Source of the DNA: Magnetococcales bacterium
GTDB taxonomy: Bacteria; Pseudomonadota; Magnetococcia; Magnetococcales; JADFYX01
Assembly: GCA_015232405.1 (NCBI GenBank)
Contig: JADFZS010000010.1
Span: 1,044 to 65,043 of the forward strand
DNA length: 64,000 nucleotides
Direction of reading: 5' to 3'
Each line of letters begins with the position of its first letter. Position 1 is the stretch's first letter. The notes under the pieces are model-generated. The model saw only the letters and a program-made list of their open reading frames with translations, made no database searches and was not told where the DNA came from. Shown piece by piece: positions 37,746-46,218 of the stretch. Made by a program: the position numbers and the translations under genes.

Positions 37746-38543
37746 ATGATTAGAAGTTTATTAACAAAAAAAAGCTCCATACAAAAAAAATATTTCGTAT
37801 TAAAATATTTAATCATGTTTTCTGTATTGTTTTTTCCTCATTCAAACGCTTTTTGTCAGGAAATTGAAAATTTTGATCTGCCATCCATAATCCGCGGTGG
37901 CAAACTATATGATAACTGGTTGGCATTTGTTCCAAAAGAAAAACAGCATTTAATAAGTAAAGTGAGAAAATCTCATCCCTCTTATCCCAAAAATAGCAAG
38001 CAAAATGGTATAACTACATGGCGCTGTAAAGAGTGTCACGGCTGGGATTATAAGGGTGTTTCAGGTGCGTATAAAACCGGTTCACACTACACGGGTATAA
38101 TAGGGATAGATAAATATACAGGACGCAAAACAGATGAGGTAATGCAAATTTTACGTGATAGTACACATAAAATTTCTGGTGATATGATCTCCCAAGAAAA
38201 CGCAAAATCTCTTGCTGCTTTTGTGATAGCTGGTCAGGTGGAAATGGATGATTATTTCAAACCAGGAACCTCAAAAATTGATGGAAACGCCAACAGAGGT
38301 AAACCATTTTTTCAAACTCTATGCTCAAGTTGTCATGGGCTAGATGGACGGTTAATTAACTTCAGTGTAAAAATTAATGAATATGAATTTTTAGGAAGTA
38401 TAGGAAAGAAAAACGTGTGGGAGTTAATACATAAAATTCGCAACGGACAACCTGATGAAAAAATGATCTCTTTGCGGGCATTAACTCTTCAACAGCAAAA
38501 AGATATCGTCGCATACATTCAAACACTTCCAGACAAACCATAA
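37746..38543 (+). CDS. Diheme c-type cytochrome (periplasmic)
   Basis: Signal peptide plus two CxxCH motifs (CKECH, CSSCH). Confidence 0.8.
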   Translation: MIRSLLTKKSSIQKKYFVLKYLIMFSVLFFPHSNAFCQEIENFDLPSIIRGGKLYDNWLAFVPKEKQHLISKVRKSHPSYPKNSKQNGITTWRCKECHGWDYKGVSGAYKTGSHYTGIIGIDKYTGRKTDEVMQILRDSTHKISGDMISQENAKSLAAFVIAGQVEMDDYFKPGTSKIDGNANRGKPFFQTLCSSCHGLDGRLINFSVKINEYEFLGSIGKKNVWELIHKIRNGQPDEKMISLRALTLQQQKDIVAYIQTLPDKP

Positions 38544-38621
38544 TCATGTGTATACTGGAGGGAGTAAACGGTAGTAATTCGGAACAATAAACCATCGAAT
38601 AATTAATAAAAGGAACAGGCA

Positions 38622-39065
38622 ATGCAATCTAAATCGACAAAGATAAAATTAATGATAGTTGATGACGAGCCTGAAATTCAGAGGAGTATCGGTCGGTTTA
38701 TCTCTTTTCAACCGGAAATGGAGTCAGTTGAGATAATCAACGCCAGTACCTTTGAAGAGGCACTGAAATTACTGGAAAATGAGACACCTCTTATTATCCT
38801 CCAAGATATCAATTTACCGGACGGTAACGGCCTTCAATTTATAAAACAGGCCAAGAAGAAATATCCAATGGTCCAATTTATCGTGATTACTGGCGCTAGT
38901 GATCTTGATAGAGTTATGGAGGCTATATCTCTAGGAGCGGTTGATTATATCAAAAAGCCCCTTGATCTTGAATCACTTTCAACTGTTATCCAAGAGACCA
39001 TGAACAGGTGCAAACGTTTAAGAGAGCTACTTGTGGAAGAGTATTCTTCGCAAAATACAGCCTGA
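38622..39065 (+). CDS. Single-domain response regulator (CheY-like receiver)
   Basis: MIVDDEPEI...IILQDINLPDGNG...VITGASD...K pattern of a REC domain. No output domain. Confidence 0.85.
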   Translation: MQSKSTKIKLMIVDDEPEIQRSIGRFISFQPEMESVEIINASTFEEALKLLENETPLIILQDINLPDGNGLQFIKQAKKKYPMVQFIVITGASDLDRVMEAISLGAVDYIKKPLDLESLSTVIQETMNRCKRLRELLVEEYSSQNTA

Positions 39066-39233
39066 AAAAGAATATAGTTCAACAAAAAATGTTGGTTGGA
39101 TAATCTGTAGCCCTCATAAAAAGGGCTGTCACAGATGCCTCTATCACCTCCCGGCCAAAAAAGCCGGGGTTGATATATGCCTACGTGACGAAATTGATAG
39201 GAGATGTCCCCTATAGAGATCTAAACCGAGCTA

Positions 39234-39746
39234 TTACAGATCAGAAAATTGAAAAAATTTCTTGTAATCATCCAATTGTTGTTCTCGGTCAACTGGTGAT
39301 CCATTTTTTGATTCTTGCTGGCTAATAGCAGCCTTTATTTGCTTTGCCACAGCCATGTCAAATTTTGAAATATGTTCTGAATATTTCTTGATAATTTTTG
39401 AAAAAATATCAATTTGATTTTTATAGAGCATGATACGCGAGTTAGTGGCAAAAAAGATCAAAAAATCTGCATGATCACGCATATGGGCTTTTACATTATG
39501 CACCTGGCTTTTTACCATTAGTGTTTCTTCATACAAAAAATGCTCGTAGAAGTTGTTTTCTAATGTTGTGAGTAGATTTACCGCGGTTTTTTGATCAGAT
39601 TTTGTAGCTAGAAAATTTGCAACTTTCTGCATTCGAGACAGTAGCTCTTTGTGCTGATCATCCAGGTTTGTGACATCAGTAATTGGAATGGTAAATGAAA
39701 ACTTTTCATGAATATTGTGTTTTTCAGATTGAAAACTTATTGACAT
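39234..39746 (-). CDS. Hemerythrin-like metal-binding protein (bacteriohemerythrin family)
   Basis: LDDQHKELL followed by FYEHFLYEETLM...H...H..DH..F, matching the spacing of the hemerythrin His/Glu iron ligands. Confidence 0.65.
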   Translation of the reverse strand: MSISFQSEKHNIHEKFSFTIPITDVTNLDDQHKELLSRMQKVANFLATKSDQKTAVNLLTTLENNFYEHFLYEETLMVKSQVHNVKAHMRDHADFLIFFATNSRIMLYKNQIDIFSKIIKKYSEHISKFDMAVAKQIKAAISQQESKNGSPVDREQQLDDYKKFFQFSDL

Positions 39747-39814
39747 CAGTTCCTCACTTTAAGGTAATAAGACAGATAGTTTATCACGATCATGACAATA
39801 TCATACTAAATGCG

Positions 39815-39845
39815 CATACTACAAAAAATTCTTTTTTGTAGTATG
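39815..39845. promoter_or_regulatory. Perfect 14-bp inverted repeat with 3-bp spacer (candidate operator)
   Basis: CATACTACAAAAAA-TTC-TTTTTTGTAGTATG, located 69-99 bp upstream of the hemerythrin-like gene start in the divergent intergenic region. Confidence 0.5.
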
Positions 39846-40243
39846 GATTAGCGGTGCAAAAACGTACCCTACTCCATAAAAACACAATCCAAACAGAATT
39901 TTGCAGACATTTAGTTTATTGGTCAATGAATAATTTATCTGTTTGAAAGGCCTCTATCTTTTTTCATGTTGTAGTTTTTTTAGGCCTGATCATATTTCAT
40001 GCTTAGATGTAATGTACCAATTTTTATTTTCTAGTCAGATATAGCAATTTCTTTAACGTTGAACTTTTTTTTAACACTAGTATTAGAACCATCTCTCACC
40101 GGGAAATCGGTTCATTTTATTTATGAACAGACATTTATATCTTGTGTTAAAGAAAACTCTATTGTATGTTAACCGGATGTAAAAATACTAAAAAAGTTGT
40201 GTTTTTGCAATTAATAGAGAGCTTTAACAAGGATTAATCAAGA

Positions 40244-40624
40244 ATGAAAGCCAAATTGCTTTTCAAAAGTCTTATTGTCCATCTTTTCAGCTTCTTGTTT
40301 GTGATGGTGGTAAGTGTCTCATTTACCCTTATCAGCACAAGCGATGCCTATGCCAAGTTTAATGCCAGGTCGGCAATGAAAGTTCTAAAACGCAACGACT
40401 GCACCAAGTGCCATTCTGTCAAAAAATCCAAGAACGGCCCCTCTTACCGTAAAGTATCAAAAAAATATCGTGGCAAACCCGATGCAGAAGAAAAACTATA
40501 CAAACATCTGACCACCAACCCAATTGTTGAGTTGGAAGATGGTACAAAAGAAGAGCATAAAAAAACCGATTTTGATAGTGATGAACAACTTCGAGAGTTC
40601 ATCCGTTGGATTTTAACACTATAA
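40244..40624 (+). CDS. Monoheme class-I c-type cytochrome (c551/MtoD-like), periplasmic
   Basis: Signal peptide ending in AYA. Single CTKCH followed by NGPSYRKVSKKYRG, similar to the c551/c552 pattern. Confidence 0.75.
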   Translation: MKAKLLFKSLIVHLFSFLFVMVVSVSFTLISTSDAYAKFNARSAMKVLKRNDCTKCHSVKKSKNGPSYRKVSKKYRGKPDAEEKLYKHLTTNPIVELEDGTKEEHKKTDFDSDEQLREFIRWILTL

Positions 40625-40742
40625 GTAGGCCGGATTATTCTGGATCTTAGAACAATCCGATGATTACGTCTCATGTCATCCTACAAATAAGACGCAAATA
40701 TCTATATTTAAAAAGATATTAAAAAAGCCAGGGAGAAGGAAG

Positions 40743-41834
40743 TTGAAGATAAAGCACTCTTTATTGGTAAATATGATCACAATCGTTCTTCTGTTGGTGG
40801 GCAGTGTAGATATTGCATTTTCCATGGAAAATGAAAAGCTACCCCTAATGTCAGATACACAAAAAGATGCTAACACATCCAGCTCCTATGAATATGACGA
40901 AGATGATAATAGGCAGAAGCGCGTTGACGTGGTGCTCAAGGGTGATGCTGCCTGTACCTTCTGTCATGAGGAGGAGGATTCTGTATCCCTGCTTAAAATT
41001 GGCAAGACAAAACATGGTACACTGGCAGATGATCGTGTACCAACCTGTACCGACTGCCATGGTGCTAGTGAACAACATCTTGTGAAAAAATCTGGTAGTG
41101 ACAAACGACCTCTACCCGATATTGTCTTTCCCAGTCGTAACCCTGGAATTATAGACGATTTCAATATTGATGAGGACCACGGCCAGGTCAAGATCGCCAA
41201 GATGCCTGCCGCTGCCATGAATAAGCCCTGCCTTAAGTGTCACAAGGATAATCGTCTTATGTTCTGGGCTAGCAGTGCCCACGCCAACCAGGATGTGGCC
41301 TGTACCAGCTGTCATGAACTACATACTGATAACGACAGGGTATTACACACTGGTGGTCAGCCCAATGTCTGTTTTAGTTGTCACAAAAATCAACGTGCTC
41401 TTTTCAACAGACCTTCCCATCACCCGGTTCCTGAAGGACAGATGGTCTGTTCCGACTGTCACAATCCCCACGGTTCTGCTGGGCCTAAATCTTTAAAAAA
41501 GGATACTGTCAACGAGGTTTGTTACCAGTGCCATACAGAAAAGCGTGGTCCCTTTGTCCATATGCACCCACCAGTACAAGAAGATTGTAGAATATGTCAT
41601 AACCCCCATGGAACTGCCGTTGCAGACCTTCTGATAAGCAGACCACCATATCTGTGCCAGGAGTGTCATAGCAGCACCTACCATCGTAGTCAGGTTGCTG
41701 GTTTGCCAGGGTCACCATCGTCAAATCCAAATGTTTTGGGAACCATAGCCCGCGGATGTGTGAAGTGTCATACCCAAATTCATGGTGGTAACAGTAACCA
41801 GAACATAAGGAGAGATGGTCGTTACTTCCGCTAA
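40743..41834 (+). CDS. Decaheme c-type cytochrome, MtrA/DmsE/PioA/MtoA family
   Basis: Ten CxxCH motifs counted (CTFCH, CTDCH, CLKCH, CTSCH, CFSCH, CSDCH, CYQCH, CRICH, CQECH, CVKCH). Signal peptide present. TTG start behind GGGAGAAGGA. Size of ~360 aa is typical of the family. Confidence 0.85.
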   Translation: MKIKHSLLVNMITIVLLLVGSVDIAFSMENEKLPLMSDTQKDANTSSSYEYDEDDNRQKRVDVVLKGDAACTFCHEEEDSVSLLKIGKTKHGTLADDRVPTCTDCHGASEQHLVKKSGSDKRPLPDIVFPSRNPGIIDDFNIDEDHGQVKIAKMPAAAMNKPCLKCHKDNRLMFWASSAHANQDVACTSCHELHTDNDRVLHTGGQPNVCFSCHKNQRALFNRPSHHPVPEGQMVCSDCHNPHGSAGPKSLKKDTVNEVCYQCHTEKRGPFVHMHPPVQEDCRICHNPHGTAVADLLISRPPYLCQECHSSTYHRSQVAGLPGSPSSNPNVLGTIARGCVKCHTQIHGGNSNQNIRRDGRYFR

Positions 41835-41968
41835 TGGCATAATGGGCTACAGCCTTATATCTCTGGTTTAATAATTTGCTTAAAAGAAATAAGAGACTAT
41901 CACAATGGTTGAGGGTCAGGTCATCAAACATTGGAGAGGTAGAAATCTACCAAGGGAATCTAATTATC

Positions 41969-44065
41969 ATGAATAGAATCAAACACACACTGACCATGGC
42001 ATCATGTTTTGCCGCATTGCTTGGGGCTGTTGGGGGGGCAGAGGCCCAGGAAATGAGTGAAACTGCTGCAGAGTTCATCAAACCTGAGAGTTGGTTCTCT
42101 ATTGGTGTTGGATTGCAAGATGGTAACAGGGAACAACTGGGAACCTTCGACAATGAACGTGGCAGTGGTGTGCGGTTGCTGTTGGATGCCGACCTTAAGG
42201 TGAGAGATGATAAAACAGGTATATGGAAGACCGCCCAGATAAAAAATCTGGGGCAGGATAACCGCAGTGTAAAATTGGGTTATAACCACCAAGGACAGTG
42301 GGGTGTCACACTCGACTATGTAAGCATGCCTAGAGTAGCACCATTTACGGTTTATTCCAGCAACAGTGGTTTGGGTACAGCAACACATATAATCAACACC
42401 ACTGCCGCTGCTGGTAGTGGACCGGAAGTAGAGGTCAAAACCAACCGTGACCGAACCAAGCTCAGTCTCTATAAAAATGTTAAAGATCACCTACGCTTCA
42501 ATTTTAATTTTAGCAATCAGATAAAGAGTGGAACCCGTGTTTGGGGACAACGTGGTTATGGTGATGGTGGCAGCTATCCTGAGTTTTTGTTGGAACCCAA
42601 CAATCACACCATTCGTGATATGGATACCAGTGTCAACTATATGAGTGATAAACTGCAATTGACACTTGGTTATTTTGGCAGTTGGTTTTCCAATGAAGAT
42701 AATTTAGTAAATGTGACTAGAGAAACTGGTACTGCAACATCTCCCTATATATCCCTGCCATTAGATAATGAAGCCCACAAGCTTCATATGAGTGGTGGTT
42801 ATAACTTTACCGATACAACCCGTGGTGCTTTTAAAGTCTCTTATAACAGAGCACTGCAAAATGAGAGAATGCATCTGTCTGACATAACTGGTTTGAGCAT
42901 TAGTGATACCGCACCAACAAGTTTAGAAGGTAGGATAGATACCACATTGGTGCAGGTGGATGTGACCAGTCGCCCTAATCCAAAGTTAAATGTTTTGGCA
43001 AAGCTGCGTTATCTCAATGATGAGGATAGAACCCCTCCTTGGGAAGTGGTCACAGGCTCCACGACAATACGCTCCAATCCAATATCCAAAACAACCTACA
43101 CCGGAAAGGTTGAAGCTACCTATCGCCTGCCAGACAGAACCAGGGTAACAGCAGGAATCAAACATGAGTTCCAAGATCGTGAAGTACCCATTGGTAATGA
43201 TAGTGATGGGGATGGTTTTGACAACGAACGTGTCGTTCCATTTCGTACTGAATTGAGTGAAACCACTTATAAACTTCAATTACGTCGGGCTTTAACCCAA
43301 ATTGCCAACGGTTCTTTGTCCTATAAACATTCAGAACGTGATGGATCAAATTATACCGATGGTGATAGACTAACAGAGAGTTCCACCCTACAGATTACTC
43401 CCTACTATATATCAGACCGTACACGTGACAAGTTGCGACTGGCTGTTGATGTTCGTCCTATTGATGTCTTTGGATTACAATTTAGCTCTGAGTATGTAAA
43501 CGATAAACACAGCAAAGGTGATAGACCACACGGACGGGATAAAGCACGTACTCAGCTCTACTCAATCGATGCCGATTATGCCTATTCCAGTGACCTGCTA
43601 TTCACAGCATGGTATTCCCGACAGATAGATGAGATATGGCTTGGTACATACTATGCCTTTAATGGTACAAATCCGGCTGAGAAATACTCCGAAGTCGAAG
43701 ATACATCCGACTCAATTGGATTCGGAGTTCGCAACCAATATAGTGATTCCATAAAACTCGGTGCAAATTTGTTGATGACAGTCACCGAAGTGAAGTACAA
43801 TGATGTGGTTGAACCGACTGGAGTGACTCAGTTACCGGAAATCGAAAGCGAAACCACCAAGTTCAACGCTTTTGTTGAATATGTTGGGTTAGGTCCGGGA
43901 ACTCTGCGAGCAGATTATGTATACGAACGGTGGGACACCAATGATTGGACTTGGCAGTTCAGCGATGGTTCCCCATATAGCTATCTGACCGATGGTACTA
44001 CCATTGTTGCAGATGATGTTCAGGAATCCAACTTTATTGGGGTCCGCTATACGACCGAATTTTAG
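41969..44065 (+). CDS. Outer-membrane beta-barrel protein, MtrB/PioB/MtoB family
   Basis: Signal peptide MNRIKHTLTMASCFAALLGAVGGAEAQ, ~700 aa of alternating beta-strand-like sequence and a C-terminal aromatic residue (...RYTTEF). It sits immediately downstream of the decaheme gene. Confidence 0.75.
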   Translation: MNRIKHTLTMASCFAALLGAVGGAEAQEMSETAAEFIKPESWFSIGVGLQDGNREQLGTFDNERGSGVRLLLDADLKVRDDKTGIWKTAQIKNLGQDNRSVKLGYNHQGQWGVTLDYVSMPRVAPFTVYSSNSGLGTATHIINTTAAAGSGPEVEVKTNRDRTKLSLYKNVKDHLRFNFNFSNQIKSGTRVWGQRGYGDGGSYPEFLLEPNNHTIRDMDTSVNYMSDKLQLTLGYFGSWFSNEDNLVNVTRETGTATSPYISLPLDNEAHKLHMSGGYNFTDTTRGAFKVSYNRALQNERMHLSDITGLSISDTAPTSLEGRIDTTLVQVDVTSRPNPKLNVLAKLRYLNDEDRTPPWEVVTGSTTIRSNPISKTTYTGKVEATYRLPDRTRVTAGIKHEFQDREVPIGNDSDGDGFDNERVVPFRTELSETTYKLQLRRALTQIANGSLSYKHSERDGSNYTDGDRLTESSTLQITPYYISDRTRDKLRLAVDVRPIDVFGLQFSSEYVNDKHSKGDRPHGRDKARTQLYSIDADYAYSSDLLFTAWYSRQIDEIWLGTYYAFNGTNPAEKYSEVEDTSDSIGFGVRNQYSDSIKLGANLLMTVTEVKYNDVVEPTGVTQLPEIESETTKFNAFVEYVGLGPGTLRADYVYERWDTNDWTWQFSDGSPYSYLTDGTTIVADDVQESNFIGVRYTTEF

Positions 44066-44151
44066 CTGTAATGTTCATTTAGAACAGCAACAGCAACCAA
44101 CAATGGTTGCTGTTGCCGTTTTAAGTGATCAGCTTTCTTAGAGAAACACCT

Positions 44152-46194
44152 ATGATGAATACTGAGCAGACTTTTATGAAACATAACTCAGTACAAAAAA
44201 TAGTGTTGGTGTTGTCCCTTCTTGTCTGCTTGTTATCACCAGTCATTTTCTCTACCAACCTCTTTGCAAACTCTTCTAGCAAAAACACTGTAATACCATG
44301 GGCAAAAGATAACCATGTCTGTATGGAGTGCCATGACGGTCGAAAGCGGATTGATGTCGTTGATACCGGCATATATTCAGAACCCGGAGATGAAAGACAA
44401 CTCAAGGCAATCTACCCGGAGCAATATGGGGTAGGTATCCATGCCAATATGCTCTGTACCGATTGCCACGCCTCCATCACAAGCCCAGAACCACCTCATC
44501 AGGTGGGTGAAGCCAAAAAAATCAATTGTGTCGAATGTCATAAAAAGCTGTTAGAAGATTTTAAGGTCGGCAAACTGCACACCTCCCACTTGAAAAGATT
44601 GCATGTTGTGGCACAAAACACAGAAAATTATCTGGTTTCATACCATGCTCGTGACAATAAAGATGATGATCGTTTTGCCAATGCTTGGTGTGATGATTGT
44701 CATGATAGCCATTTTTTCAATATACCAACGGCTAAAGATAGCCCCACTTATATGTCATGGCGTTATGGAATCCCTGATAAATGTGGCGGCTGTCACGATT
44801 ATGCACTGGAGACCTACGTAAATTCGGTACATGGGGTGGAGTTGCTTGATAAAAACAACTTCGATTCTGCCAACTGTACCGATTGCCATCCGGCATATAT
44901 GAAAGGTGGCGCCCATTGGACTGTTTTCAAAGTTGGTAGCCAGGACTCTTGTGGCTCCTGTCATCCAAAAAATCTAGAATCCTATCGCAATACCTATCAT
45001 GGTCAGGTGACAAAACTCGGTTATACCCATACAGCTAAATGTTTTGACTGCCACGAAAGTCACAAAACCCTGCCTGTAGACAATCCCAAATCGTTGGTTC
45101 ATGAAAACAACCTTTTAAAAACCTGCCAAAAATGTCATGACGGAAAAAAAAGACCTTTGGCAACCAAGGGATTTACTACCTACAGCCCCCATGCTCATGA
45201 TGGTGATTTTAAACGTTATCCCCAGGTTTGGATCGCCTCCTGGTTTATGTATTCATTATTGAGTTTAGTCACAATATTTTTCCTGGTTCACTCCATATTA
45301 TGGTTTTATCGGGAATGGCAAGATAAACAGAAAAAAATAGTGGCAAAGAGTGTGGATTGGACCGCTTTGGGTCTATCTCCCACGCAACATATTCAACGTT
45401 ATACTGGTGAGTGGCGTCTGTTTCACGGCCTGTTTTCTTTTGCGGTCATTATGATGATCACAACCGGTATGTCCCTTAAATTTTCCCACACCACCTGGGC
45501 GCCTCTTATTGCAAAGCTATTTGGTGGTGTAGAGTATATGGGGTTGGTTCACCGCTATGTTGCGGCTTTTATGTTTGTATTATTTGTTTCTCACCTATTC
45601 ATACTGTTGAAACGGTTGTTGCGTGATCCAGATTTTCGCTGGTTTGGGCCGGATTCTCTACTACCAACCTGGAGAGATTTTGTACACTGTTGGCAAATGT
45701 TTGTCTGGTTTTTTAATCGCGGTGAAAAACCCAAATTTGATCGCTGGCCCTATTACACCAAATTTGGTTATTGGGCCATCTATTGGGGTATTGTTGTAAT
45801 AGGAGTTAGTGGTCTGATATTGGCTTTTCCAACTATAGCGGGACAGTATCTTGAAGGGTGGGTGTTTAACGTGTCCCTGCTGGTTCATAGTGTGGAGGCG
45901 TTGTTGGCAACTTTCTATCTATTTGTCTTCCACGTTTTTCATAACAATTTTCGCCCAAGCAAGGTGTTGCATCAGGAGGCGGTAATTTTCAGTGGTAGCC
46001 AAAGCCTGGAGGTATTCCAAAGGGAGCATCCAGCTCAATTTGACCGTCTGGTTGCCAATGGCAAATTACAGCAACTGTTTATTACCGAGCCTTCACCAGA
46101 GATGCTCAAGAAAATTAGTTTAAAAAGGATGTTGCTGATAGCGGCAGGTTTTTTAGTCCTGGCTCTAGTTCTAAATGGTGTTCTGACATCTTGA
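44152..46194 (+). CDS. Nine-heme c-type cytochrome fused to a C-terminal membrane cytochrome b (FdnI/HydC-like) domain; CbcL-like quinol oxidoreductase
   Basis: Nine CxxCH motifs (CMECH, CTDCH, CVECH, CDDCH, CGGCH, CTDCH, CGSCH, CFDCH, CQKCH), followed by 5-6 TM helices with conserved His residues (FLVHSILWF, RLFHGLF, LVHRYVAAF, LLVHSVEALL..FHVFH). Confidence 0.8.
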   Translation: MMNTEQTFMKHNSVQKIVLVLSLLVCLLSPVIFSTNLFANSSSKNTVIPWAKDNHVCMECHDGRKRIDVVDTGIYSEPGDERQLKAIYPEQYGVGIHANMLCTDCHASITSPEPPHQVGEAKKINCVECHKKLLEDFKVGKLHTSHLKRLHVVAQNTENYLVSYHARDNKDDDRFANAWCDDCHDSHFFNIPTAKDSPTYMSWRYGIPDKCGGCHDYALETYVNSVHGVELLDKNNFDSANCTDCHPAYMKGGAHWTVFKVGSQDSCGSCHPKNLESYRNTYHGQVTKLGYTHTAKCFDCHESHKTLPVDNPKSLVHENNLLKTCQKCHDGKKRPLATKGFTTYSPHAHDGDFKRYPQVWIASWFMYSLLSLVTIFFLVHSILWFYREWQDKQKKIVAKSVDWTALGLSPTQHIQRYTGEWRLFHGLFSFAVIMMITTGMSLKFSHTTWAPLIAKLFGGVEYMGLVHRYVAAFMFVLFVSHLFILLKRLLRDPDFRWFGPDSLLPTWRDFVHCWQMFVWFFNRGEKPKFDRWPYYTKFGYWAIYWGIVVIGVSGLILAFPTIAGQYLEGWVFNVSLLVHSVEALLATFYLFVFHVFHNNFRPSKVLHQEAVIFSGSQSLEVFQREHPAQFDRLVANGKLQQLFITEPSPEMLKKISLKRMLLIAAGFLVLALVLNGVLTS

Positions 46195-46218
46195 TGCAAG
46201 AGAAATGGTATACAAAAA

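Noticed and set aside
39031-39216. Tracked 61-aa ORF after the receiver gene, plus two small hairpins (39109-39127 and 39150-39168)
   Set aside because: The ORF overlaps the receiver gene's 3' end and has no SD. The hairpins lack a following T-tract on either strand, so I did not call them terminators.
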